A stretch of 63,431 nucleotides of DNA, filler included, from Octopus bimaculoides (GCF_001194135.2; 5 parts of 4 records of this genome joined end to end with filler, not necessarily neighbours in it), one strand, 5' to 3'. Shown: positions 49,191 to 62,901, counted from the whole stretch's first letter. The notes: generated by a model not told the origin, from the letters alone. Numbers and translations are program-made.

Positions 49191-49482
49191 CCAGGAAACC
49201 CCAAAATGGCTGAAGTTCAAAAGATAGTGCTCATGGGAACTGCCCATATCCTACGTAAAATACTGTCTATGTGATCTCAAATTTTAAAACAAACACATAA
49301 TTTTCTTATGGTTTCTTAAACATTCACTAGAACAAAACGGCACAAATCTAAATATATGGTACCGTAGGCATAACACCTACATGAACTTCTAACTTGTTGT
49401 CTCTTGAGGTCTCTGGGTGAGACTTGGATCCAACTTGTACAAATGCAAAACAAAAGTCAAACATAAAATAATAATAATAATC

Positions 49483-49522
<40 letters not shown>

Positions 49523-49535
49523 TAATAATGATAAT
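49191..49535 (+). mobile_element. 3' end of R4/Dong-like RLE LINE
   Basis: PGNPKMAEVQKIVLMGTAHILRKILSM* (49191-49274; cf. QK..LLGTAHILRKVL), ~195-bp 3' UTR and (TAA)n tail. Confidence 0.85.
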
Positions 49536-50274
49536 ACCAATAACCCTCTATACTATAGGCACAAGGCCTGAAATATTAGAGGAGGGGAATAGTGATTACA
49601 TGACTAATACGTATTTTATCGGCCCCCAAATGGATGAAAAGCAAAGTCGATCTCGGCGGCATTTGAACTCAGAAGGTCCAAACAACTCCTGGCTTCGAGT
49701 ACCAATCCACAACTTCATGATCTTAAACCCAACACACTAACCACCAGATCACGCGCCTTCACCATGGATCTCGGTCAGTTTCAACGAGGAGCATTCATTT
49801 TGGTCAACTTGACAACCTACTTCATGAAACAAGCGACACATACAATCTTTAACTAATCCTCAAGCGGAATAAACGTAATACAGTGCATAAAAAGGCCGGA
49901 CAAGTGAACTACAAGTTCAATCCTCTGAAAGGCTTACGAAAAGTTTCGGTCAACCCAATTTTGCTCGTAAAGGATGGATTGACTCACTGCTAACGTAAAA
50001 AGTATTTGGCCAAGATTCCGTAGTTTGGAATTGAACGCGAATCCTCGTAATTGCAAAGCAAATTTCTTAAGCATTTCACTGTTAGACTCCAGATACATAC
50101 ATACATACATACATACATACATACATACATACATAATACATACATATATATACATACATAAGCACGCACACATATATATTATATATATTTATACACACAC
50201 ACATACATATTTAATTGTATGTAGTGGATACATACATACATACATATATATATATATACATATATATATATAAA

Positions 50275-50329
<55 letters not shown>

Positions 50330-50375
50330 GGTACATATTATTTATATGAATGTCTATGTCACATGTATAAGCTGT

Positions 50376-50433
<58 letters not shown>

Positions 50434-50772
50434 GTACACACTTTCATCCGGAAATCCGTCAAATGCGTGTTTAAAATCTAATTCCTAAGTTCTCTGCAAT
50501 ATCTTAACAAGATCGCCATGCACATAATTTATGTTACTTACAAACTACTTGAAACATTAAATGTAGCCTTAGAAATATGATTACATTTACCGGCATCTCT
50601 TGAAACGACCATTACCTATAATTTTTGTTGTGTATACATGTAAGTAGAAGTGCATATGAGTATGTATTAGATAGCTACATTTATTAACGCGCATACAGAT
50701 ATACATAAAAACTTACTGACACATATAAACATTTATGGCGACTGCTTCATATTCTCAGATATTTGCCGTCTT

Positions 50773-51140
50773 AAGGCGGCGGGCTGGAAGAAACGTTAGC
50801 ACGCCGGGCGAAATGCTTAGCGACGTTTCGTCTGTCGTTACGGTCGACTTTGACTTTCATCCCTTCGGGGTCGATAAATTAAGTACCAGTTGCGTACTGG
50901 GGTCAATCTAATAGATTGGACCGCTCCTCCCAAAATCTCGGGCCTTGTGCATAGAGTAGAAAAGATTATATATTTAAAATAGAAGGCGGCGGGCTGACAG
51001 AATCGTTAACATGCCGGGCGAACTGCTTAGCGGTATTTCGTCTGTCTTTACGTTCTCAGTTCAAATTCCGCCGAGGTCGACTTTGCTTTCATCCTTTCGG
51101 GGCCGATAAATTAAGTACCAGTTGCGTACTGGCGTCGATC
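50773..51140 (+). mobile_element. Two tandem young SINE family B copies (CpGs intact)
   Basis: aaggcggcgggctgg..gtcgactttg..ggggtcgataaattaagtaccagttgcgtactgg; the first has an internal deletion of the B-box region. Confidence 0.9.
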
Positions 51141-51204
51141 ATAGGGTTTACATTTAGAGTGCATACAGGCATAAATATTTTGTCAGAAGCATACTAGTGT
51201 CCAG

Positions 51205-51345
51205 TGAAGGCAGGTGACCTAGCGTTTACGGTATTGAGATCTAAGGTCGTACGTTCGGTCCCTCGATCGGGAGATGTGTCGTATCCTTGAGCAAGGCACT
51301 TAATTTTACGTTGCTGCAGTCTACTCAGTTGAAAATGGATACCAT
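51205..51345 (+). mobile_element. SINE family C fragment
   Basis: gttcggtccc..tccttgagcaaggcacttaattttacgttgctgcagtctactcagttgaaaatgg. Confidence 0.55.
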
Positions 51346-51487
51346 CCGACTACTGGTGATGTCCTCTTTCCTTCCAGTAGTTAGATTCTCAATGTTCTGC
51401 ATGCACAAATATATTTGCACACACACATACACATACACATCCATCCATCCATCCATCCATCCAAACATACACACAAGTTTACATAGG

Positions 51488-52245
51488 TGCAACCGCATAT
51501 ATAGGCTATGTTTTTGGAAGACATCACGCATGTAATTAGCAGCTGTCCTAAAATGTCCTCACAGTACTATCCTAAAATGACGTCACGGCACGATGTTGTT
51601 GCTAAAACAATTTACAAAGCCATCTGCAAAAAACTTAGAAATAAACTTAGAAAATCCCTCTGTTATGGAATACATTCATAAACACCACTCAAGGAATAAT
51701 GGTGGAATATTCTCATCAAAACATCTGTCAAATGTAAACATAACAGGTCGGATATTGTTGTTTGGGACAGAGAAGCAAAGGTATGTACCATCATATAGGT
51801 CAGCAGCCATGTAGATATAAATATTTCTTTGAAAATCAAAGAAAAAGAGGATATCTATGGACAACTGCTTTCGAAACCTCCAGCTTCTNNNNNNNNNNTC
51901 AAAGAAAAAGAGGATATCTATGGACAACTGCTTTCGAAACCTCCAGCTTCTATACCCAGACTATGAATTCATATTCATACCAATAATAATTGGAGCACTA
52001 GGTTTTGTTAGTAAATGCTTAAAGAAGAATTTGGATAAACTGAGATTTTCAGAAAGAGAAATCGATCAGCTAATTTGTACATTACAAGAGTAATCTGTGA
52101 CTGGAACAGTAAAAATATGCAAGACTTTTCTTAAGTTCCAAATGTGAATTTTCCTGTGTTAACTACATCCCAAAGATGAAGCCTTGTACCTTTGTTGGAA
52201 ACCGGCTCCCTGCTCAGTGGAAGATTTATAATAATTAAAAAAAGG
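51488..52245 (+). mobile_element. RLE-type LINE 3' region (zinc knuckle + restriction-like endonuclease)
   Basis: EDITHVISSCPKMS..RHD..EYIHKH..KCKHNRSDIVVWDRE..EDIYGQLLRNLQLLYPDYEFIFIPIIIGALGFVSKCL..KICKTFLKFQM*; frameshifts; short 3' UTR ending in an A-rich run. Confidence 0.88.
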
Positions 52246-53029
52246 AAGAGACATACATACATACATACATACATTCATACATACATACATAGACAGATAG
52301 ATAAATACATACTTACATACATATAAATAATTATATAGGAATGATAATATTAAAATACCATCACANNNNNNNNNNNNNNNNNNNNNNNNNNNNNNNNNNN
52401 NNNNNNNNNNNNNNNNNNNNNNNNNNNNNNNNNNNNNNNNNNNNNNNNNNNNNNNNNNNNNNNNNNNNNNNNNNNNNNNNNNNNNNNNNNNNNNNNNNNN
52501 NNNNNNNNNNNNNNNNNNNNNNNNNNNNNNNNNNNNNNNNNNNNNNNNNNNNNNNNNNNNNNNNNNNNNNNNNNNNNNNNNNNNNNNNNNNNNNNNNNNN
52601 NNNNNNNNNNNNNNNNNNNNNNNNNNNNNNNNNNNNNNNNNNNNNNNNNNNNNNNNNNNNNNNNNNNNNNNNNNNNNNNNNNNNNNNNNNNNNNNNNNNN
52701 NNNNNNNNNNNNNNNNNNNNNNNNNNNNNNNNNNNNNNNNNNNNNNNNNNNNNNNNNNNNNNNNNNNNNNNNNNNNNNNNNNNNNNNNNNNNNNNNNNNN
52801 NNNNNNNNNNNNNNNNNNNNNNNNNNNNNNNNNNNNNNNNNNNNNNNNNNNNNNNNNNNNNNNNNNNNNNNNNNNNNNNNNNNNNNNNNNNNNNNNNNNN
52901 NNNNNNNNNNNNNNNNNNNNNNNNNNNNNNNNNNNNNNNNNNNNNNNNNNNNNNNNNNNNNNNNNNNNNNNNNNNNNNNNNNNNNNNNNNNNNNNNNNNN
53001 NNNNNNNNNNNNNNNNNNNNNNNNNNNNN

Positions 53030-53095
<66 letters not shown>

Positions 53096-53756
53096 GCATG
53101 GATACATACCTTTAAGATCGAGAACAACAAGAATACACACATATATTTATGTTTAAATCGTCTGCTATTTGATGACTATCCCTGAATATAAAGAAATCTG
53201 ACAAGAAGTTATAACTGCCATCATTACCATAGCTACTGCAACAACAAAAATAGCAACAGTAAACAACGAAAAAACTACTACAATAAAAGTAACATAGGAA
53301 AAAAAATACATTTTCAAAGTAAACAAAACATTATGTATAAGAATACTAACAAGCGTAAACAAAGACCACACTGTACCCTCAAAGACCACTAACACTCACA
53401 TTCTTTGTCTTCACATCCACCATCACAACTTACTAATGCGACTACTATCACGACTGCAACAACCACGACAACAATAAAAACATCATGCAAAATAAATAAA
53501 TGAAATAAATAAAGAAGAAAAAAAATAATAAAACCCTCAACGGCAGTGAAAATAAAAACTGTTACAAGAACAACAACGGCAAGAGAAGCAACAAAACAAA
53601 ACCCCCAAAAAAGCTACCGTCAACATCAACTAAATATAATACATTATATGAAAAGTTATTCGCCTCTCTGTATAAATACATATTAAAGAAAATAAAAGAT
53701 AGACAGTTCTAAAGATATATATTTTTAAATAGCTAACTCTTAATACATAATGCAAG

Positions 53757-55147
53757 ACATATCACGCACGGGTTTATGTTGCAATGCAAAAGACGAGCTT
53801 CCTAAGGGAGACATTTGTATATTCATAAAGAATTTTATTTTCACAATGATTTAAGTACGAAACAGTACATCGAGCTATTTGCTTAGTAGATGGCTTAGCG
53901 CTGGAACAAATCTTTCGTTAGCGCCTGCGTGTATATTAAATATGTATGTATATGTACTTATCAACGTATGCATATATGCATACGTATATGTATGTATGAT
54001 TATATGTATGTATGTATATATATATATATATATATATNNNNNNNNNNNNNNNNNNNNNNNNNNNNNNNNNNNNNNNNNNNNNNNNNNNNNNNNNNNNNNN
54101 NNNNNNNNNNNNNNNNNNNNNNNNNNNNNNNNNNNNNNNNNNNNNNNNNNNNNNNNNNNNNNNNNNNNNNNNNNNNNNNNNNNNNNNNNNNNNNNNNNNN
54201 NNNNNNNNNNNNNNNNNNNNNNNNNNNNNNNNNNNNNNNNNNNNNNNNNNNNNNNNNNNNNNNNNNNNNNNNNNNNNNNNNNNNNNNNNNNNNNNNNNNN
54301 NNNNNNNNNNNNNNNNNNNNNNNNNNNNNNNNNNNNNNNNNNNNNNNNNNNNNNNNNNNNNNNNNNNNNNNNNNNNNNNNNNNNNNNNNNNNNNNNNNNN
54401 NNNNNNNNNNNNNNNNNNNNNNNNNNNNNNNNNNNNNNNNNNNNNNNNNNNNNNNNNNNNNNNNNNNNNNNNNNNNNNNNNNNNNNNNNNNNNNNNNNNN
54501 NNNNNNNNNNNNNNNNNNNNNNNNNNNNNNNNNNNNNNNNNNNNNNNNNNNNNNNNNNNNNNNNNNNNNNNNNNNNNNNNNNNNNNNNNNNNNNNNNNNN
54601 NNNNNNNNNNNNNNNNNNNNNNNNNNNNNNNNNNNNNNNNNNNNNNNNNNNNNNNNNNNNNNNNNNNNNNNNNNNNNNNNNNNNNNNNNNNNNNNNNNNN
54701 NNNNNNNNNNNNNNNNNNNNNNNNNNNNNNNNNNNNNNNNNNNNNNNNNNNNNNNNNNNNNNNNNNNNNNNNNNNNNNNNNNNNNNNNNNNNNNNNNNNN
54801 NNNNNNNNNNNNNNNNNNNNNNNNNNNNNNTATATATATATATATATGCATGTATATATATATATATGTATATATATGAATGTATATATATATATATATG
54901 TATGTATATATGTATGTATGCATGTATGTATGTATGTATGTTTATATGTATGTATACATGCATATGTATATACATGACGAGCTATGAAAAGATTTGTTCC
55001 AGCGCTAAGCCATCTACTGAGCAAATAGCTTGATGTACTGTTTCGTACTTAAATGAATTGTGAAAGTAAAATTCTTTACGAATATACAAATGTCTCCCTT
55101 AGGAAGCTGGTCTTTTGCATTTTCACACAAACCCGTGCGTGATATGT
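53757..55147. mobile_element. Foldback structure: ~160-bp inverted arms around a microsatellite/gap
   Basis: 53757-53916 is the reverse complement of 54988-55147, with roughly 90% identity by eye. Confidence 0.8.
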
Positions 55148-55476
55148 GTTCCATTATCTACTCGCTGTTGCCTATTGAGCAATATAGAGCTATAGTTCTC
55201 ATATTCGTGCACATACGTACGCACGCACGCACGCACATGCACACACATACACACACACACCTGTGCATATATGAAAACAGTGTTATATATGTGTATATAT
55301 GTATGGTTGTGCGTGCTTGCGTTCATATCGGATTAAAGGAATTACACGTAGTTCCATACAGACCGTCGCACGTATATGTACATTAATACATGACCTACAT
55401 GTACACATTTATGAATATGTATGGCGCAGCAGTGATCTTTAACTTCTAATAGTAAAGTATTACATCATATATATAT

Positions 55477-55513
<37 letters not shown>

Positions 55514-55523
55514 NNNNNNNNNN

Positions 55524-55560
<37 letters not shown>

Positions 55561-56497
55561 TGTGTGTGTGTTTTTAGACACTCAAACATACACACCACCG
55601 TATATGTATGAGAATGTATGTATGCATATGCAGCAGTGCAAACACGTGCATTAGCTGTTTATGTAGTGGTGCGTTAAAATGTTCGTCTTGACACAATTTC
55701 TGTCTGTCCAAAGCATTTATGATCAGAGATGTTTACCAAAGTAGCATATACATTTCAAAGAACTTCATGCCTGTCTAGCGATCAATAAGTACAATAGGCG
55801 TCACATCTTTGGTATCTATACAAAAGTGTGCCGGTATGGACTTGATAAACCGTAATATAATACAAGAATGCAGTCAACGTTTTAAATCCCACCTGTAGAC
55901 AGACGCAATCAATACACGCTTTTTTTGTTGTTGCTTGCATTATTCCTGTAATGTGGGTCCCCAAGTCAAGCCTGATGGGGCATGCACACTTCTCACAGGT
56001 ACCATATTTGAGAGTTAATAAGAAAGCCTTAAATATATGTCCCAGAAAATAAGTTTACGTCCTATACATGCAAAACCAGATATTAGGGGGCCTGCCAAGT
56101 TTATGGTGGGTCTTAAAAGCTCATGCACTTTATGTCAAAAAATTCCCTTAACCACCGTTATTCATACGTTTTAAAGATGGAAGATCGAAGTTTGAGGCAG
56201 TTTTTTTTCGTGAAGCGATGACGTAAAATTTATTCATATACGTGGCGTACCCTGGTGCCCAGCTACTGTAAAGAAGGCAATCACTTTTGAATCAATTCAA
56301 GCGAGCTTGGAAGTTTGAATTTTAAATCGCAGAGTAATGAAGAAACTGCACAGAATATACACATCTAATATTTCTATATATTTTTTCGCAGCCGCCATAT
56401 TTAATATTATTGGTGTGATTGTTTCTGTGGTGGTCGGCATCGTAGTTGTCCTCTAGTTCCAAATCCAGTCACCTGCATCAAACCTCCGAACAAAGAT

Positions 56498-56974
56498 GGG
56501 ATCTTTTTTAAAACGGGGGCCACATGTTTCATTAATGTTTTACGTAGTGTTTTTGGTACCGAAAGACTTTCAAACTTCGTATACTTATCTATTTTGTGTT
56601 ATAGAACAGAANNNNNNNNNNNNNNNNNNNNNNNNNNNNNNNNNNNNNNNNNNNNNNNNNNNNNNNNNNNNNNNNNNNNNNNNNNNNNNNNNNNNNNNNN
56701 NNNNNNNNNNNNNNNNNNNNNNNNNNNNNNNNNNNNNNNNNNNNNNNNNNNNNNNNNNNNNNNNNNNNNNNNNNNNNNNNNNNNNNNNNNNNNNNNNNNN
56801 NNNNNNNNNNNNNNNNNNNNNNNNNNNNNNNNNNNNNNNNNNNNNNNNNNNNNNNNNNNNNNNNNNNNNNNNNNNAAGAGAAAAAGATGTTTTATATGAC
56901 ACATTCTACCAGTGTTCCAAGTTTCAAAGTGTTTCGTTAATGAAAAATGTGACCCCCGTTTTAAAAAAGATCCC
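56498..56974. mobile_element. MITE with 38-bp TIRs and 6-bp TSD
   Basis: gggatcttttttaaaacgggggccacatgtttcattaa vs reverse complement of 56937-56974 (2 mismatches); AAAGAT at 56492-97 and 56975-80. Confidence 0.8.
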
Positions 56975-57328
56975 AAAGATGTTTTAATGGCCATCGTCCG
57001 GTTATTTTTTATTGTCTTGTACACTGGACTTCAGTATCCAACACAATGTATATTCATAAATATAAATATTAAAGGCAGACCTCGTGAGAGATTTTATTCC
57101 ATTTCTACCATGTCAAATAACCAAGTAGGAGCTCCCTGACTGGCTCACTTTAGTTATTGGACCGGCCCTTTTGCTGCGAGGCCGATGGTTTATTATCTCT
57201 TCTTTTTTTGTGAGAGATCCAAACCACTCCACTTTCGTGCACTCATTTACAAAGCAGATATTACGAAACATAATATGACTGTACATTATTTACATTCCAA
57301 TGAGAACCCAGGTTCGAAATTTCCACAA

Positions 57329-57374
57329 GACATCTGATGAAGGCTGGAGGGTATATCAGCCGAAACGTTGTGTT
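57329..57374 (+). ncRNA. Minimal type I hammerhead ribozyme motif (Penelope-LTR type)
   Basis: gacat-CTGATGA-a-GGCTG(gagggtatat)CAGCC-GAAA-CG-TT-gtgtt. Stem I gacat/gtgtt, 5-bp stem II, palindromic ACGT stem III, GUU cleavage triplet. Confidence 0.65.
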
Positions 57375-57587
57375 AACAACAAACAAGATGAGGACAAATA
57401 TCCGTCAAATGTAAATAATGTAAATAATATACATAATTCCTCATCTCTTAAATATAGAACTGTATTATCAGTGGATTGGAAGAAATGGGAAAGAATTTAG
57501 GAAACAAAATTGCCTTTCGGTGTTTTTATGGTCTATACTTAAATTCCGTTAGATATTGATTTTCCCTTAAAAATTTTTGGGCTCGAT

Positions 57588-57978
57588 AAGGCAGCGAGCT
57601 GGCAGATTCGTTATCATGCCGGGTGAAATGCTTAGCGGTATTTCGTCCGTCTTCACGTTCTGTGTTCCAATTCCGCCGAGGTCGACTTTGCCTTTCATCC
57701 TATCGGGGATCGATTAATCAAGTACCAGTTGAGTACTAGGGTCGATCTAATCGACTGGCCCTCTCCCGCCAAATTTCGGGCCTTGTGCTTAGAGTAGAAA
57801 AAGAATCGTTGCCACGCCGGGAAAAATGCTTTCGTTCTGAGTTCAAGCTCCGTCGAGGTCGACTTTGCCTTCCAACTTTTCGGGGTCGAAAATATATGTA
57901 CCTGTTAAACACTGGGGTTTATATAATCGCCTTTCCACCTCACCCGAAGTTGCTGACTTTGTGTCAAAATTTGAAACC
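57588..57978 (+). mobile_element. Two tandem SINE family B copies
   Basis: Full-length 57588-57806 (ends gggccttgtgcttagagtagaaaaagaat), followed directly by a second diverged copy. Confidence 0.9.
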
Positions 57979-58029
57979 TGATGAAATTTGAAATTCGATG
58001 AAATTAGTGCCTGTCAAATACCGTATGAA

Positions 58030-58290
58030 TCTACATACATACATTAACACACACATTCATATATACATATATACATACATACATTCATACATATATACAT
58101 ACATACATTCATACGTACATACATACATTCACACATACATACATACACACATACATACATACATACATACATTCAGACATATATACATTCATACATACAT
58201 AAATACATACATTCATAGATACATACATATATACATATATACATACATACATTAATACATACATGCATACATACATACATACATATATAC

Positions 58291-58341
<51 letters not shown>

Positions 58342-58380
58342 GTCATACATACATTGATACATACATACATTCAGACATAT
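58030..58380. repeat. (ACAT/AT)n microsatellite
   Basis: Simple repeat running into a gap; many similar tracts elsewhere (e.g. 25370, 39951, 50095, 54830, 61600-62700). Confidence 0.95.
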
Positions 58381-59289
58381 NNNNNNNNNNNNNNNNNNNN
58401 NNNNNNNNNNNNNNNNNNNNNNNNNNNNNNNNNNNNNNNNNNNNNNNNNNNNNNNNNNNNNNNNNNNNNNNNNNNNNNNNNNNNNNNNNNNNNNNNNNNN
58501 NNNNNNNNNNNNNNNNNNNNNNNNNNNNNNNNNNNNNNNNNNNNNNNNNNNNNNNNNNNNNNNNNNNNNNNNNNNNNNNNNNNNNNNNNNNNNNNNNNNN
58601 NNNNNNNNNNNNNNNNNNNNNNNNNNNNNNNNNNNNNNNNNNNNNNNNNNNNNNNNNNNNNNNNNNNNNNNNNNNNNNNNNNNNNNNNNNNNNNNNNNNN
58701 NNNNNNNNNNNNNNNNNNNNNNNNNNNNNNNNNNNNNNNNNNNNNNNNNNNNNNNNNNNNNNNNNNNNNNNNNNNNNNNNNNNNNNNNNNNNNNNNNNNN
58801 NNNNNNNNNNNNNNNNNNNNNNNNNNNNNNNNNNNNNNNNNNNNNNNNNNNNNNNNNNNNNNNNNNNNNNNNNNNNNNNNNNNNNNNNNNNNNNAGAACT
58901 ATTACGAACTAATGATCGCGAGACTACTTAGCAGCAAATAAATTTCATTATTATTATCAGTTAATTTGATAATTAGCTAATTAAGGAATAAAAAAAAAAA
59001 AAAAAAAATTAATTGATTAATCGTTTTGTGAAAGTCATTTCGTCACAGCCTGTGATCTTATCGATGGCGATGCAATCCCTAATGCGCTGTCTTCGGTGCT
59101 AGCACGCGCTCGTTGTCTTCGCTTTATCTGCCGAAGTGAAGAATGGACCAGAAACGAGAAAGTTATGAAACTGATGAAGATAATGGCATTGAGAAATGGT
59201 TAAAAATCAAAGCAAATCATTTTGCGATATCTCAATACGGTATAAAAAAAAAAGACTAAAACAAAAACTGTCGAATATTAGGAGCTCAG

Positions 59290-59335
<46 letters not shown>

Positions 59336-59351
59336 CGCCACCACCACCGCC

Positions 59352-59416
<65 letters not shown>

Positions 59417-59433
59417 CACCACCACCACCACTA

Positions 59434-59475
<42 letters not shown>

Positions 59476-60185
59476 GTGATGATGATGATGATGATGATTT
59501 CTTTTTAGTCAACAATCTTGAGAACAGGTTAGTCAATACTATCAGCCCCGCGAAAAGACAAAAAGCAAAATTGACTTCGGCGCGACTTGAACTCAGAACG
59601 TAAAGAGCCAGGAAAACTATTGCGAGGCAATTTATCCGATACGCTAACGATTTTGCCAGATAAAGACAGGGGAAGAAAACTACCATTCATATCGAACTCG
59701 GTGCTGTATTGGTACTTTATTTTATCGACCCTCTCACTAAGGAACAATGGCAAAGGCGATATCGGTAGGAATTGAACTCGGAATGTAAAAGTATGCAACA
59801 AAATTCCGCTCGGCATTATGTAGAAAGTGTGGATGAGTCTGTCTTGAATCTCTCTTCATGTTGATGATGAAAGTGGAGATGATGATGATGATAACAACGA
59901 CGACGACGACGACGACGATGATGATGATGATGATGACATTTAAGACGATTATGATGTTGATGATGACGATGATGATGACAACGACAACGATGACGGAGGT
60001 AATGATGATGACGAAGACAATTAAGACGACTATGATGTCGATGATGACGATGATGATGACGATGATGATGACAATGATGATGACAACGACGACGACGATG
60101 GTGATGATGGATTACGATGACATTAAAGACGATGATGATGACGATGACAGTGATAACGATGATGATGATGATGATGATAACGATG
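59290..60185. repeat. Trinucleotide fields (CTA/CCA/CTG/GAT)n and (GAT/GAC)n interleaved with SINE B remnants
   Basis: Direct inspection; SINE B minus-strand pieces at ~59500-59655, 59700-59815 and 60190-60425. Confidence 0.9.
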
Positions 60186-61709
60186 ACTTTCTAAGAAAGG
60201 TACAAGACCAGAATTTTTCTTGTGGGTGGGTTGTTTCACCGATTAAACCGACCCTAGTACTTGACTGGTACCTTATTTTATCGCCCCCCCCACAAAGGAA
60301 TGGCAATCAAAGCTGATCTCTGCGAAATTTGAACCCAGATTTTTAAAAAGAAAAACAAAAGGAAAAATCTAAAATCTGGAACATATACAAGCAAAGCATT
60401 TCATTCGACGCTCTACCGATTATACTACTTTCCCACAATCCCACAGCCAAAAAAAAAGAATAAAAATAAAAAAAGGGAAAGCAACCACACATGTCTTTCT
60501 TGTACATAAAATTCAGTGCAAAAACTTAACATGGGGACCTTACATTGTACAGTCGTCTCTATATATCAGAGATCACAAAACAGATACNNNNNNNNNNNNN
60601 NNNNNNNNNNNNNNNNNNNNNNNNNNNNNNNNNNNNNNNNNNNNNNNNNNNNNNNNNNNNNNNNNNNNNNNNNNNNNNNNNNNNNNNNNNNNNNNNNNNN
60701 NNNNNNNNNNNNNNNNNNNNNNNNNNNNNNNNNNNNNNNNNNNNNNNNNNNNNNNNNNNNNNNNNNNNNNNNNNNNNNNNNNNNNNNNNNNNNNNNNNNN
60801 NNNNNNNNNNNNNNNNNNNNNNNNNNNNNNNNNNNNNNNNNNNNNNNNNNNNNNNNNNNNNNNNNNNNNNNNNNNNNNNNNNNNNNNNNNNNNNNNNNNN
60901 NNNNNNNNNNNNNNNNNNNNNNNNNNNNNNNNNNNNNNNNNNNNNNNNNATATATATGTATGTATATATGTATATATGTATATATATATGTAATGAAAAC
61001 AATCAAAAGACCTCACCAACTGCTTGCATGTATTCGTCCATGTTCTCATTCTTCTCCAATTTCCAGTGACCGCACAAATCTGTCATTTTTTACTGCCAAG
61101 AAGGAAAATAATGGAGAAGTTGCTTCAGATACGATAAAAGAACAAAAGATATAAAACAACAGCAGCAACAACAACAAACAAACAAACAAACAAACAAGCA
61201 AACAAACAAACAAGTATAAATAACAAAGCGATGAGAATGAAAAATAATATAAAAAAGGAAGAAAGAAAGAAAGAATTGGAAGCAAAAAACAAACAAACAA
61301 ACAAACAAACAAACAAACAAAAGCCAAAAAAAGAACGGAAGGAAAAAGTAGAAAGAAATATATGTGGCTGAATGCCTGAATGAATGAATGAAAGAAAGAA
61401 AGAAGGAACGAATGAAAGAAAAAGGAAAATATGAAAGATTGAAGAAATAAATGAATGAAAATAGCTGACTAAAGTAAAAGAAAAGAGAACAAGCGGTGGG
61501 GGTGGGGGTAGAAGAAAGGAAGAAAGAAGGAGAGAAAGCAAGGAGAAAGATAGTTTGAATAAAGAAACTAAGTGGTAGATGTCCAGATAGATATATACAT
61601 AGTTTGACACACATGCACACGCACACACATACATATATATGTACACATGCACGCATATACATACATACATGCACACACACACATATATATACCTACGTAT
61701 ATATATATG

Positions 61710-61762
<53 letters not shown>

Positions 61763-62596
61763 TTATATATATATACACGTGTGTGTATATCTATAGGCAT
61801 ATATGCATCTGTATGTACATACATACTTCCACGTATGAATATATAAATATATGTATGTATATATATATATANNNNNNNNNNNNNNNNNNNNNNNNNNNNN
61901 NNNNNNNNNNNNNNNNNNNNNNNNNNNNNNNNNNNNNNNNNNNNNNNNNNNNNNNNNNNNNNNNNNNNNNNNNNNNNNNNNNNNNNNNNNNNNNNNNNNN
62001 NNNNNNNNNNNNNNNNNNNNNNNNNNNNNNNNNNNNNNNNNNNNNNNNNNNNNNNNNNNNNNNNNNNNNNNNNNNNNNNNNNNNCTTGTATGTATAAATG
62101 TATGTGTATACAAGTGTATGTATGTGTGTGTGTATGTATATGTGTGTGTGCATTGAGAGAGCTCGGAGGGAGAGAGAGAGAGAGAGAAAAATGAGAAGAA
62201 GCTTCAAAATCCTATCACAGTGGAGTGACCATATTGAAATGTTTGAAAGAAGAGAGAAGTTATTGTCTCCACGTTAAAATAAACATAAGAAATGATGCAA
62301 AGATGGCGAATGGAAGGGAATCACAAGGAAAATGATAACATAAATAAACAAATAAATGGCAAAAGGAAAGAGAAGACAAGAGAGAAGAAGAAGGAGGAGG
62401 AAGAGGAGAAGAAGAAGAAGAAGAAGAAGAAGAGGGAGGAGGAGGGATCTTGTCTTGACAATGAAAGACAATGATATTCGCATAATACATGCATGCACCC
62501 ATACAGACGTACATATGTACATACATACATACATGCATACATATACACACACATACACACATATACATATACACATAGATACATAGATACACACAC

Positions 62597-62669
<73 letters not shown>

Positions 62670-62833
62670 CATGTATATGGATGTACGAACATGCATAAAT
62701 ACATATATACATCTATGCATATGTATGTGCGTATATAACGCAGTGTTAAAATACCTATAAACTGTAATTATATCTTTCTGTTTGTGCATCTATCTATATA
62801 ACTCTGTGTGTGTGTGTGTGTGTGTGTGCCTGC

Positions 62834-62901
<68 letters not shown>

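Noticed and set aside
51836-51951. 53-bp direct duplication in the RLE LINE
   Set aside because: The copies flank a 10-N gap; this is a typical unmerged contig overlap.
52160-52210. GATGA..GAAAC in the LINE 3' UTR as a ribozyme
   Set aside because: Core lacks CUGA and stem II does not pair.
8112-57806. tRNA genes suggested by A/B-box-like sequences
   Set aside because: All are SINE heads; none folds into a complete cloverleaf.
826-62113. Long ORFs containing X runs or YI/CV/HT/polyT-V-D repeats
   Set aside because: They are translations of N gaps and microsatellites, not genes.
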